A stretch of 64,000 nt of DNA from Chlorokybus atmophyticus. Its lineage: Eukaryota; Plantae; Mesostigma and Chlorokybus algae. Of this stretch, positions 13,301 through 26,969 are shown piece after piece (position 1 is the stretch's first letter; every line of letters begins with the position of its first letter). The DNA lies in the NCBI GenBank assembly GCA_009103225.1, contig RHPI01001037.1:1216916-1280915 (forward strand), written 5' to 3'. The notes under the pieces are model-generated. The model was not told the DNA's origin. It ran no database searches and worked only from the letters and a program-made list of their open reading frames with translations. Made by a program: the position numbers and the translations under genes.

Positions 13301-16300
13301 ATGACTTGGAGAGGATGAAGATCGGGGCCGTCATCGGCGTGTTACACGTCGACTCCAAGTCACTCCGCAACTCACTTGTACCGATCACACTACGTACACT
13401 CGAGTCAATAAAGGGGTTACTCCTCCAAAGCGCACGTGAAGAAACTGTCAAAGCTCTCAGCTCGTTCCAATCCAGAATCAAACTACTCCAAGAGCGACCT
13501 CTTGCCTTAGACGAGTTCGTCACCTTCATGGAGGCTGTGGACGAGACCGTATCAAAGAGACGTCTTGCCCTCATGGAGTCAGCTGTTGTGGACGACATGT
13601 ATGATCTACTCACCTCCTTTGAGGTCAAGGCGCCCACCGCGGATCAAGTGAAGCTGGATGACCTGCATGATGCGGTCGCGGCGTATCAGGCGGCCGTCGT
13701 GAATGCGGAAGAGTATATCACAGATAGGAAGGGGGGGATGATGAACACGCTGGATAAACAGATTACGGCGATCAACGAGGAGCTACTGTCGTTGCTTGGT
13801 ATGTGGTATATGCATCGTTCAGTTCACGTGTACCATGTGGTGTTGGGTACAGCTGTGTGTCAAGCTGTACCCAACATCAACTGGGTTGCACTGCTGACCT
13901 GGTCAGTCCCAAAGCTTTGAACACACACAAGCTTCATGTTGGGTATGCGAGTCACGAGGCGTGTGTGTGTCACACATACGCACTGGACGTGACACAACAA
14001 GTCTAACACACCCACTCACTCCAGGTTCTCTTCACTCGGGTCCTTACGTGGAGCCGGACTCCCTCCCTTCCGCCACGGCCGCCGAGCTCCACGCCGTGCA
14101 GGAAGGTTTAGGCGCCTTAGGCTCACGCGCGGGCGAGTGCCAACGCTACCAGCGCTTGTTCGGCATGCCCGTGGACGACTTCGCCAACTTGGCTCTGACT
14201 CAAAAAGAGTGTACTGCACGCCTAAGCGTATGGAGTGCTTTATCAGAGTTCATCGATAAAGCGCAAGCGTGGAAGACGGGTCCGTTACAGAAGTTGAGGG
14301 TGGTGGAGATACAAGCTGATGTGGAGCAGCACGCCAAAGATGCGTACAGGATGGGTAAAGCCAACAAGGAGGACCGCGTGGTGTATCGTTTGAAGGATGC
14401 CATTGATGAGTTCAAGACAGTGATGCCATTGATAGAAGAATTAGCCAATGAGGCTCTCGGGTCCCGTCACTGGCAGGAGATTTTCCGACTCGTAAACCAA
14501 CATTACGAGCCGGGTCAACCTTTCAGTGTGACAGATCTCCAGGCTTATGGCATAGCCAACCACATGGATGCTGTGGCTGCCATCTCACTCAATGCGAGTA
14601 AAGAGCATTCGCTTGAAAGAGCACTTGATAAGATGAGTGGAGACTGGTCTGGGTTGGAGTTCAGAGTGGTGGCGTACAAAGACACGGGGACATTTGTCAT
14701 GGGCGGCGTGGATGAAGTGCAAGCTTTGTTAGATGATCAGATAGTGAAAATCCAGTCCATGAGAGCGAGTCCTTTCATTAAACCATTTGAAGCCCGTGCG
14801 AGTACGTGGGAGGATATGCTCCAGACTTTGCAGGATTTGGTGGATAATTGGTTGGCTTGTCAGGCGACATGGCAATATTTGGAGCCAATCTTTGGGTCTG
14901 CGGATATATTGAAACAGATGCCTGAAGAAGGGGAGCAGTTCAGAACTGTGGACACCATATGGCGAGACATGATGGCCAAGACCAACAAGGCACCCGCGTG
15001 TATCACCATTGCGCGCGATAAGGAGAGGCTCGCCAGGCTGAAAGAGGCTAATAATCTATTGGATGCTATTCAGAAGGGGTTGGCGAGCTATTTAGAGCAG
15101 AAGCGAGTGGCTTTCCCGAGATTCTTCTTCTTATCGAATGATGAGATGTTGGAGATCCTTTCTGAAACAAAGGACCCGACGCGCGTGCAACCCCACTTGA
15201 AGAAATGCTTTGAAGGCATTGACTCGCTTCGCTTCGAAGAGAAAGCTGATACGCAGTTCATCACAGCTATTGTGTCTGCTGAGGGTGAAGCTGTGGACTT
15301 AAAGGACAACATTAAGCCTGCTGCTGCTAATGGTGCAGTAGAGAAGTGGCTGTTACTCGTCGAGTCCGGCATGGTTGAGTGCATTCAGAATCAATGTGAG
15401 TTATCAGTAGCTGCTTATGCGACTGTTCCCAGAGAAGAGTGGGTGTTGGCCTGGCCGGGACAAGTCGTCCTTGTCGTGTCGGCCATCTACTGGACCCAAC
15501 AAGTCACCGCAGCAGTCAACGCCGGCAACAATGTTGTGTCGGACTATGAACGGGAATGCACAGACTCCTTAGGGAGAATTGTGTCTCTTGTTAGAGGAGA
15601 CTTGACCAAACTCGCAAGAGCAACATTATCTGCGCTTGTTGTGATGGACGTGCACGCGAGGGATGTTGTGGCGATGCTGTCTAGAGAAGGTGTGGGTGGT
15701 GTGGGTGGCGAGAGTGGCTTCGCGTGGCAGAGTCAACTGAGGATGTATTGGGAGAACGGGACGTGTATCGTCAGGATGATGAACGCGTCGGTGGAGTACG
15801 GGTACGAGTATCTGGGCAACTCGTCGAGACTGGTCATCACGCCGCTCACGGATAGGTGCTATCGGACGCTGATGGGAGCCATACATCTGAACCTGGGAGG
15901 AGCACCGGAGGGACCTGCAGGAACAGGTGCGTGCTGTGATGTGGGTGGGGGTGGGTGGGTGGTGGGATGAATGCGTGCGTGCGCGCGTGCACGTGCGCGC
16001 ACGTGTGCGTGTGCGTGTGCGCGTGAGAGTGTGTACGCGTAAATGCATGGGCATGCGTGTGTGCATCTGCATTCGTATGCATTGCGCACCTATGTGTGCG
16101 TGTGCGCGCATGCGTGTGGTAATAGATGTGTGCGCGTTTGTGCGTGTACATGTTGTAACACTGATGACACCCATATTATCCAGGCAAGACCGAGACGACC
16201 AAGGACTTAGCCAAGGCCCTCGCCCGCCAATGCGTCGTCTTCAACTGCTCCGACTCCCTCGACTACCTCGCCATGGCCAAGTTCTTCAAAGGCTTAGCCG

Positions 16301-19300
16301 CCTCCGGCGCGTGGGCTTGTTTCGACGAGTTCAACCGCATCGACCTCGAAGTCCTATCCGTCGTGGCACAGCAAGTATTAGAAATCCAAATCGCCGTCCA
16401 ACAGAAGGTCAAGACGTTCACCTTTGAAGGGACTGAGTTGACTCTCAAACCGACGTGCAACGTGTTTATTACCATGAACCCGGGTTATGCCGGGCGATCG
16501 GAGTTGCCGGATAACTTGAAGGCGTTGTTTAGAACGGTGGCTATGATGGTGCCGGATTATGCGATGATCAGTGAGATTATACTGTATTCGAATGGGTATT
16601 TACAGGCGAGGGATTGTGCTAGGAAGATCGTGGCGACGTATAGACTGTGCTCGGAGCAACTGAGCTCGCAGGATCATTATGATTATGGAATGAGAGCCGT
16701 CATGGCGGTACTGCGGGCAGCTGGTATGTTGTGGTTGTGGTTGTGGTTGTGGTTGTGGTTCTCGTGTTTGCGGGTGGATAGTGTATGCGTGTGCGTGCAT
16801 GTGTGTGTGTACACACTGTGTTGCTCACCTGAGTTATGTCTCTCATTCCTCCTTCAGCCAACCTGAAGCGTCGTTTCCCCTCCGAGGACGAGTACGTCCT
16901 TATGCTCCGTTCCATCATCGACGTCAACCTCTGCAAGTTCCTGTCCCACGACGTCCCCCTCTTCAACGGCATCGTCAAGGACCTGTTCCCCGGGGTCGTG
17001 CTGCCCTCCCCGGACTACGTCAACCTCGACAACGCCATGAGGGCGAACTGTAAGAAGATGAATCTGCAGCCGACGGACTACTTCCTGACAAAGGTGAGTA
17101 GAGATGAGAGTAACACAGTAGCACACTAGCACACTACTATGGCAATTGCACCTCTGAGCATGCAAGGTTTGAGTTGTGCGTGTGTGTGACGCACGCACGC
17201 AAGCACCCATGCACGCACATGCGCATACGCATGAAAGTGTGTGTGTGTGCGCGCGCGTGCATGTATGAGGTTGCATGAACACTCTCGCACACACCCATAT
17301 GCGTGCGCGTGCGCACACACACACACATACACTCTCACTTGCATACACATCACGATACGGGATTTGAGTATACGCACAGAGTCACGATACGCGTGTACGT
17401 TCACACCAACAACCAAGTGTTGCACACCCCACTCACCCTCCCTCCTCCAGGTGATCCAGCTCTACGAGATGATCGTGGTCCGCCACGGCCTGATGCTCGT
17501 GGGCCTCCCGTTCTCCGGCAAGACCTCCGCCTCCCGCGTCCTCGCCTCCTCGCTGTCGGACCTCGCCGACGCCGGACTCAACAACGAGAACAGGGTCAAG
17601 GTCACGGTCATCAATCCGAAGGGAGTCACCATGGGGCAGCTGTATGGACAGAACGACCCGGCCACGCAGGAGTGGTGCGATGGGGTGCTGGCGGTCAAGT
17701 TTAGGGCGTTCGCGAGTGAACAGGTGAGAGGGGTGGGGTGGGTGGGTGTGCATGCGTGCACGCATGCATGCACTCGCAATGGGAAAAATCCAGCAATGAT
17801 GAGTAAGCATGCGTGCAAACGTGACTGTGCTTGAGAGAGTGAGTGAGTGCGCGCGCGCGCGCGCGTGTGTGCGTGTATGTGTGTGCATGCATGCGCGTGT
17901 ATGTGTAATTGTGTGTATGTGAGTGAGTGAGTGAGCAGGCGTGTGGGTATGCATACCTGCATGGGTGCATAACACACGTACTCACTGATGTATGTGTGGC
18001 AGTCTCCTGCGAGGAAGTGGTTGATCCTCGACGGTCCCGTCGACGCCATTTGGATCGAGAACATGAACACCGTCCTCGACGACAACAAGAAGCTCTGTCT
18101 CCCCAACAGCGAGATCATCCAGATGTCCAGCACGATGAACATGATCTTCGAGGTGGGTGACCTCGCCGTGGCTTCACCCGCCACGGTCTCACGCTGCGGG
18201 ATGGTGTATCTGGAACCACATCAACTGGGGTGGAGACCACTCGTGCAGTCATGGCTAGCAACATTCCCAACGTGTGCTGATGAACATACGCGGAGACTGG
18301 ATGCGTTGTTCGAGTGGTTGCTGCCGGCGGCGTCGAGGTTTGTGAGGACAGAGGTGAAGGAGATATCGCCCACGTTGGATGCCAACATTGCACAGTCACT
18401 CATGCGCATGTTCGCCGCACTATACCCGGAGCTGTTGTTGGATGAATCCACCAACACAACAACAAGTGACCCACAAGCCATTACCCAACGTGTGGATGCG
18501 ACCTTCGTGTTTGCGCTCACGTGGTCCGCGGGCGCCACGGGTGACGTGGCGGGTAGGAAGGCGTGGGACGTGTTTGTGAGGAGGATGTGCATAGGAGGGG
18601 CTGCGCCAGAAGGGTATGAGATGTACGTCCCCAACAAACACGCCACGCTCGTCGCGCCGATGGTACCGGACGATAACGGGGCACTCGTACATGACTACTT
18701 CTGGGACAAAGACGCGGGTACGGGAGTGTTGTGTGTGATGATTTGCACTCGTTTATGGTATGTTTTGTTGACAGTGAAGCTGTTGGAGTTGCACTTGACG
18801 CTTAGCATGTCTGCCCACATGCGTGCGTGCGTGCGTGCGCACACGCATATACTTATACGCAGCGCACGTCTGCTTGTATGTACGCGCGTGTATGTGTAAC
18901 AACTGCTAGCATGCACACACAAGCCTCCATACGACTCGCACGACAACTCTACATTCCCACTTCAGGTGCATGGAAGACGTGGACATCCACCATAGCTCCC
19001 GTCGACATCCCCTCCGACGCCCAATTCAGCGAGATCATCATCCCCACGGCCGATTCCACCACATACACCTTCCTCCTCCAACTCGCTATCGGTCAGGAGA
19101 AGCCCATTCTGTTCGCGGGTGCGACGGGGACGGGCAAGTCCGTCTACATCAAGAGGCACCTCATGTCGGGACTGGCCAAGGAGAAGTACAGTACGGTCGC
19201 GGTGGCATTCTCGGCGAGGACGTCGGCGAATATGACGCAGGAGCAGATCGATGGGAAACTGGATAAGAGAAGGAAAGGGGTGTTTGGGCCACCAGCTGGC

Positions 19301-22300
19301 AAAGTGAGTGTCGGTGCCCCCTTTTGTGATATGCCTACCCACCCACACACGTGCCCCTGCGCACCCACCCTCTCCACACATACACGCACGCGCGCACATA
19401 CCCACCCACCCACACCCACACCCACATACACGCACACGCACGCACGCACGCACGCACTCTTACACATGCACGCACGCAATACGCAAACATCACGTGTGCT
19501 CCAGCACACCGCAATTGTACTAACCCGTCCCCTGCCCGTCCCCTGTCTCAGAAATGCGTGATCTTCGTGGACGACCTCAACATGCCCCAACTCGAGCCGT
19601 ACGGCGCCCAGCCCCCGATCGAGTTGCTTCGTCAGTTCATGGACTACGGCGGCTGGTACGCCCGCGACAACTCCTTCCGCGAGATGGTCGACGTCAACTT
19701 CGTCGCGGCAATGGGACCACCGGGAGGAGGAAGAAACAACGTCACGAGCAGATACTTGAGACACTTCAACACGGTGGCCGTGTCACAAGTGGCGGATACA
19801 TCACTGTTGACAATATTCACATCCATACTCAACTGGCACTTGAATGCCAATCCATTCCCAACAGAAGTGCGTGCCTTGACTTCTGCGGTGACAGCGGCAA
19901 CCTTAGAGGTGTACTCTACAAGTGTGGCCACACTTCTTCCAACTCCAACCAAGTCTCACTACATCTTCAACTTGAGGGACTTTGCTCGTGTGGTTCAGGG
20001 GGTGATGTTGCATCACCACGCTTTACTGCCGGCCGAGTCTGGCGTACAAGCGGCGAAGCAGTTTGCGCGCTTGTGGACGCACGAAGTGTTGCGCGTGTTT
20101 TATGATCGCCTCACGGATGATAAGGATAGAAAATGGCTGCTTGATACAGTGAAAACACTCACGAAGAAGCACTTCTTCTACCTGTTTGATGAGCTGTTTG
20201 GACACCTCAAAGAGGGGGAGAATGGTAGTGATACAGTGGACATGAATGCGATGAGGAGGTGTTTCTTCGGTGCGTACATGGACGAGGACCAAGATGCGAG
20301 TAAATACGGTGAGGTTCAAGACATAACTAAACTCCTCGCTGCGATGGAAGAGTACCTAAAAGACTACAACGGCACGAGCAAGCGTCCGATGAACTTGGCA
20401 ATCTTCCTATTTGCGGCCGAGCACGTGTCGCGCATATGCCGCTTACTCCTCCAACCGGGTGGCCACATGTTGTTGGTTGGCGTGGGGGGGTCGGGGAGAC
20501 AATCCCTCACGCGCCTCGCATCCCACATGTGTGGCATGCAAGTCCTCCAGGTGGAGATATCAAAGTCATATGGCATGATAGAGTGGAGAGAGGACTTGAA
20601 GAGAATGTTGAGAGTGGCGGGAGAGGCCGCGGGAAGCCCCGCCGTGTTTCTGTTCAGTGATACGCAGATCAAGAACGAGGCGTTCGTGGAGGATATCAAC
20701 AATGTGCTCAATGCGGGAGAGGTACCCAACATGTTTGCCAACGATGAGAAGGCCATCATCATAGAGAACGTACGCACCATCGCAGCCAAAGCAGGACGAA
20801 AACTCGAGACACAGGTTAGCACTGTGGTTGTGGTTGTACTTGTGTCTCAATGTTGTCTATCATATATAACATCCTGATACATGTGTGCATTGCAGTTGGA
20901 GCTCTGGGCTTTCTTTGTTGAGCGTTGCCGTGCGCGTCTCCACATCGTCATCTGCATGTCTCCTGTCGGCGACGCCTTCCGCGAGCGCCTGCGACAATAC
21001 CCGTCGCTCGTCAACTGCTGCACAATCGACTGGTTCCAAGTGAGTGGGACCAAGAGATACATGTGTGTTGGTGATACATGTTGGTGATACATGTCTCTCA
21101 CTGTTCTTAACGAGTTAGTAGATAGGCCTCAGCCTCATGTGCACCTTGGTCCAGCAAGCTTCCGCTAATACGTACAACGCATATATATTTTACGTCATTC
21201 AGTATTACTGTATAGTGCATGACTTGACACAACTCTTGCATTGCAGGAGTGGCCGACGGATGCGCTCGAGGCCGTTGCTCAGAAATTCTTGAAGGAGGTT
21301 GATCTCGAGTCCAGCGTGCGTGAGGGCATGGTCCGCATGTGCAAGACTTTCCACGACACGGTTCGCGACTTCAGCGGCCGTTTCTACTCCGAGCTCGGCC
21401 GTCGCAACTACGTCACTCCCACATCCTACCTGGAACTCATATCCACATTCCAGACTTTACTCACAGCCAAACGCAAGGAAGTGATGAAGCTGAAACAGAG
21501 ATACGAGACGGGGTTGCAGAAGTTAGCCAGTAGTGCGGAGGAGGTGGCAGGCATGTCTCAGGAGCTTGTTGAGCTAAAGCCCAAGTTGATTGAGACTGTT
21601 GGTGAAGTGGAGGAGCTCATGCGCAAGATTGATAGAGAGAAGATTGAAGTGGTTGAGCCTAAAAAGGCTGTTGTGCAAGCCGATGAAGCCGTGGCTGCGG
21701 CTCAGGCTGCTGAAGCTAAGGCTATCAAAGATGATTGTGAGAGTGCTTTAGCTGAAGCCATGCCTGCATTGAAAGAAGCTCTCTCTGCTCTTGATACACT
21801 CAAGCCTGCGGATATCAACTATGTGAAGTCTCTCAAGAACCCGCCGAGTGCTGTGAAACTTGTCATGGAGGCCGTATGCGTCATCCTCGACGTGAAGCCC
21901 GTGAAGGTCCCGGACGGGTCCGGCAAGATGGCGTTTGACTATTGGAAGCCATCTGTTGCTTTACTCAATGATAAAGAGTTCCTCAACACGCTCAAGGCGT
22001 ATGACAAAGACAACATACCGCCCAAGATTATAGATAAGATACGGTCGACTTACCTGACAAATGAGGAGTTCACGCCGGAAAGAGCAGCCAACGCATCAGC
22101 TGCAGCAGAGGGACTGTGCAAGTGGGTGAATGCTATGTCGAAGTATGATGCTGTTGCAAAAGTTGTCGCACCAAAGCAAGCGCAGCTGAAGATTGCTGAA
22201 GCAGCCTATGAGAAGGTACACACGCACACGTACATGCAGTGAACTTTGTTGTGTGTGTGTTGGTGCAATCTGACTTGCATATGTATAGGTTATGGTGGCG

Positions 22301-25300
22301 CTGAGGGCGAAGCAAGCTGAGCTCAAGGAGGTGCTTGACAAGCTTGCGGCCATGGAGGCGCAGCTGGCCGCCAACATGGCCAAGAAGGAGAACCTACAGC
22401 ACGAGGTGGGGATGTGCACCGTCAAGCTCGAGCGCGCGGAGAAGCTCATTGGCGGTCTCGGTGGAGAAAAGGTATGCATGCGTGTGTGTATGTGCGCACG
22501 TGACTGTCTTGGTGTGATGACTGAATTTTGTGTGTAATCAGGTGCGGTGGACCGAGGCAGCGCATGCGTTGGGACACGTGTACACCAACTTGACGGGAGA
22601 CATACTCGTCTCGGCGGGTGTGATCAGCTACCTCGGCGCGTTCACGGCGGGTTACCGTCAGGCCATCATCGAGAAGTGGGTCGCATTGTGCGAGGCCGAG
22701 AGCATCCCTCGTTCCCGTCTCTTCTCCCTCAACGCGGCATTGGGCAACCCCGTCGCCATCCGCGAGTGGCTCATCGCGGGTCTACCCAACGACTCGTTCT
22801 CCATAGACAACGCCATCGTGGTGGCCAACGCGCGAAGGTGGCCACTCATGATCGACCCGCAGGGACAGGCCAACAAGTGGGTGAAGAACATGGAGAGAGC
22901 CAACAACTTGCAGGTGATAAAGCTCAGCGAGGGAGGGGAGTATATACGCACACTCGAGAACGCCATACAGTTCGGCCTACCCGTGTTGTTGGAGAATGTT
23001 GGGGAGGAGCTCGACCCAACACTCGAGCCTTTACTACTTAAACAAGTGTTCAAGTCAGGAGGCATGAATTGTATAAGGCTTGGTGATGCAACGATAGAGT
23101 ACTCGTCGGACTTCCGCTTCTACATGACGACGAAGCTGAGGAACCCACACTACCTCCCTGAGACAGCTGTCAAAGTAACGCTACTCAACTTCATGATCAC
23201 AAAAGAGGGTCTGAGTGATCAGATGCTTGGTGTTGTTGTGGCGAAGGAGCGCCCGGACCTCGAGCAACAGAAGAATGAGCTTGTTGTCCAGGGCGCCGAG
23301 AACAAGCGCAAGCTCAAGGAGATTGAGGACAAGATCTTAGAGGTGTTGTCGGGCTCCGAGGGCAACATCCTCGAGGATGAGACCGCTATCAAGATCATAT
23401 CCGAGGCGAAGGTCCTCGGCAATGACATCAATGCCAAGCAGGCTTTGGCGGAGCAGACGGAGAAGGAGATTGATGCTGCCCGTGTCGGGTACAAGGCGGG
23501 AGGGGACTACGCCGCCACGCTCTTCTTTTGTATCTCTGACCTCGCCAACATCGAGCCGATGTATCAGTACTCTCTGCCATGGTTTGTCAACCTCTACGTG
23601 CTGTCCATCACGAACAGCGCCAAGGCCGAGGAGGTCGCTGACCGCCTGGCCAACATCAACACCCACTTCACCTTCTCCCTCTACTGCAACGTGTGCCGCA
23701 GCCTCTTTGAGAAAGACAAGCTGCTCTTTGCTTTCCTACTGTGCTCGCGCATCATGGAGACCCGCGGCGATATCGACCCCGCCGAGTGGATGTTCCTACT
23801 CACGGGCGGTATCGGCACGGGTGGGACCGGCTTCGGGACCAACCCGAACCCGGAATGGTTGATAGACAGGTCCTGGACTGAGCTTTGCCGGCTGTCGGTG
23901 CTATCCCCGGCCTTTACGGGACTCGCCGAGGGACTGAGAGACAACCCGAAAGAGTGGAAGGAGCTGTACGACAGCACCGAACCCCACCTCATGCCTTTAC
24001 CCGGGGGAGGAGCCAACAACAACAGCAAGTTCTCCTCCCTCAATCCAATCCAGAAGCTGCTTGTCCTAAGGTGTGTCAGGCCAGATAAGGTTGTCCCCGC
24101 CGTGCAGGACTTTGTTGTCCAGGCGATGGGGCGCAAGTTTGTCGAGCCTCCCGTGTTCGATCTGGGTTCGTGTTACGCCGACTCAAGCGCCACGTGCCCG
24201 TTGATATTCGTATTGTCTGTCGGTAGCGACCCGATGGCGGCTTTGCTCAAGTTCGCCGAGGCCAAAGGTATGATGGAGAGGATGCAGTTCATCTCTCTGG
24301 GGCAAGGTCAGGGCCCGAAAGCTTCAGCTCTCATCAAAGATGCTATTGAGGCCGGGTCGTGGGTCGTGTTGCAAAACTGTCACTTGGCGCCGTCGTGGAT
24401 GCCATCTCTGGAGAAGATATGCGAAGAGATCAATCCGGATACGGTCAATGTGGACTTTAGACTCTGGATGACGTCGTATCCGAGCCCAAAATTCCCCGTG
24501 GCGATCCTCCAGAACGGCGTGAAGATGACCAACGAGCCCCCGAAGGGCATCCGCGCCAACATCAAGAGGTCGTACGGGTTGGACCCCATCTCCAACGACG
24601 ACTTCTTTGAGGGTTCCACACGCCCGCATGTGTTCAAGAAACTGTTATTCGGTCTCACTTTCTTCCACGCCGTCGTGCAAGAGAGACGCAAGTTTGGGCC
24701 CCTCGGGTTCAACATCCCGTACGGGTTCGATGATGGCGACCTTCGCATCAGCGTGAGGCAGCTACGCATGTTGATAGATGAGGCCGAGGGCGGGACTCCC
24801 TTCGCCGCACTCAACTACATCACCTCCGAGTGCAACTACGGCGGGAGGGTCACCGACGACAAGGACAGGATACTCATCAAGGCTGTACTTGAGAACGTTT
24901 ACTGTGCTGAGATACTTGAACAAGACTACAAGTTTTCCAGTTCAGGGCTCTATTATGCTCCCGACGAGGGCGATAGAGACTCCTTCGTGCGGTACATTGA
25001 GAGTTTACCGATAGCGCCGCTGCCGGAGGCCTTTGGTCTCCACGCCAACGCGGACATCACCAAGGACGTGAGCGACACCAACATGATGTTTTCCTCCTTG
25101 CTGTCGATGTCGAGCACGAGCGGGTCCGGCAAGGGCGGCGCCGCTGCCAGCGCCGAGAGCGCCGTGGCCGGCGTGGTGAAGGATATCCTCGCCACGCTGC
25201 CTCCCGACTTTGATCTCGAGGCGGCCCTGAGACGCTTCCCCGTGTTGTACGAGGAGAGCATGAACACGATGTTGTGTCAGGAGATGGCTCGCTTCAACCG

Positions 25301-26003
25301 CCTCACCGCGTGCATACGCAAGTCTCTACAAAGCATAGAAAAAGCCCTGCAGGGCCTGGTTGTCATGTCATCAGACCTTGAGACGGCCTTCAGGAGTTTG
25401 ATCATCAATCAAGTCCCTGCCATGTGGGGGAAGTTGTCCTACCCGTCGTTGAAACCCCTCGGGTCCTATGTGAAGGACCTCCTCACGCGTCTGAGCATGC
25501 TGCAGACGTGGTACGAGCGCGGGTCAAAGCCGTCGGTGTTTTGGCTTTCGGGTTTCTTCTTCGCGCAGTCGTTCATGACGGCAGCGCTGCAAAACTACGC
25601 GCGTAAGAACAAGATCCCCATCGACATGGTCGGCTTTGACTTCGACATGTTGGGGATGGACCCCGACGCGTACAAGACGGGACCCGAGGACGGCGTGTAC
25701 ATCCGCGGCTTATATGTCGAGGGATGCGCGTGGGACGAGGAGAGAAAGATGTTGTGCGAGTCCAAGCCTAAAATACTCCACGTGCCCGCACCCGTTATGT
25801 GGCTCAAACCCGCACTCATAGTGGACTTCGCTAAATATCCACACTATGACTGCCCGCTGTACAGGACGGCCGAGCGAAAAGGCGTGTTGGCTACAACAGG
25901 ACACTCCACCAACTTTGTCATGAAGATACGCATGCCGACGGACCAGCCGCCAAGCCTGTGGACCATGAGGGGTGTGGCCATGCTGTGCGCGCTGTCGGAC
26001 TGA
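10352..26003 (+). CDS. Axonemal inner-arm (single-headed) dynein heavy chain
   Basis: About 17 exons: 10352-10604, 10947-11457, 11561-11635, 11759-12247, 12434-12593, 12658(or 12664)-13798, 14025-15926, 16184-16723, 16858-17093, 17451-17723, 18003-18717, 18966-19303, 19552-20814, 20896-21039, 21247-22215, 22289-22471, 22542-26003. P-loops GPAGT|GKT (AAA1), [25 protein letters not shown]; [36 protein letters not shown]; stalk/MTBD; C-terminal W..RGVAMLC. Confidence 0.97.
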
Positions 26004-26969
26004 TGATGATACAACAGGGTTGGAATTAGTGTAGTGCGTTGGTATCTACTAGTGTATTGTGCTAAGTCTGCTACGGTTTCAGCAGCACCATCTGCGTCAG
26101 TTTCAGATACGTGTGCAGCACAGCACCTGCCCATGAGTTCTTCCACGCAGATGCACAGTGTGCAATGTTGATGAACATCTGCAATGTCAGTGCACACTGA
26201 CCAACACAAGCTGCTTCCGATCTCGCTTTGTGTGCTTTTGACAAGACAGAAACACACCGTGTTCTCTGTCTACACACCGCAGCTTGTCTGCACCAATTAT
26301 ATCTGTCGTTGAAAGAAACACATATCTGACAGGACTGGGTCATATTGCTTAACCATTGCAGAGTTCTCACTCGACTCACATCACTTCTGTGTTCAGTACT
26401 GCCGCCTTTGCTGCCTTGGACACGACAGTTGTCGTGGGATTGGGAGAGAATCTTGCCACTTGTGATAGGCGATAGATGTTGGCACAGTAGATGCCATGTG
26501 GTAGTGCTAGTGATGGTTGTTAAGTGGCAAAGGTTTTGCTTGCGAGTGCGTGCCCCTTCATGCTGTCAATCTCCTCCTCACGCTCACGCCCTGCCTCACC
26601 CCTCCTCACCTTCCCACTCTCCTTTCGCGAACTGTCTCGCCGTAGGATTCCCCACATCCAAACTTGCTAGCAACTAGCAACGAACCATGAAAACTGCAAG
26701 CCACCATGCGAGCCAGCTGTGCAGTCTGACTGCGCCTATATTATAGACTACCTGCACCACAGGCCAAGCACTTGCACACGCAGCCACGCAGACTGGCAGT
26801 GACTAGTGAAATTTCATAAACATGTGCCACTCGGCAAGCTACTACACAACGCAATACTAATCTGTCTAACGAGCGACTTTACTCAAGCCACACTACTACA
26901 ACTAGTAGTTGCAATGCTGTACAGGTGTGCGGATTGCAGCTGAGAAAGCTCTCATGAATGGATCAAGCA

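Noticed and set aside
12000-26000. Many antisense and alternative-frame ORFs over the dynein gene
   Set aside because: Expected shadows of a long GC-rich coding sequence; none has a recognisable domain.
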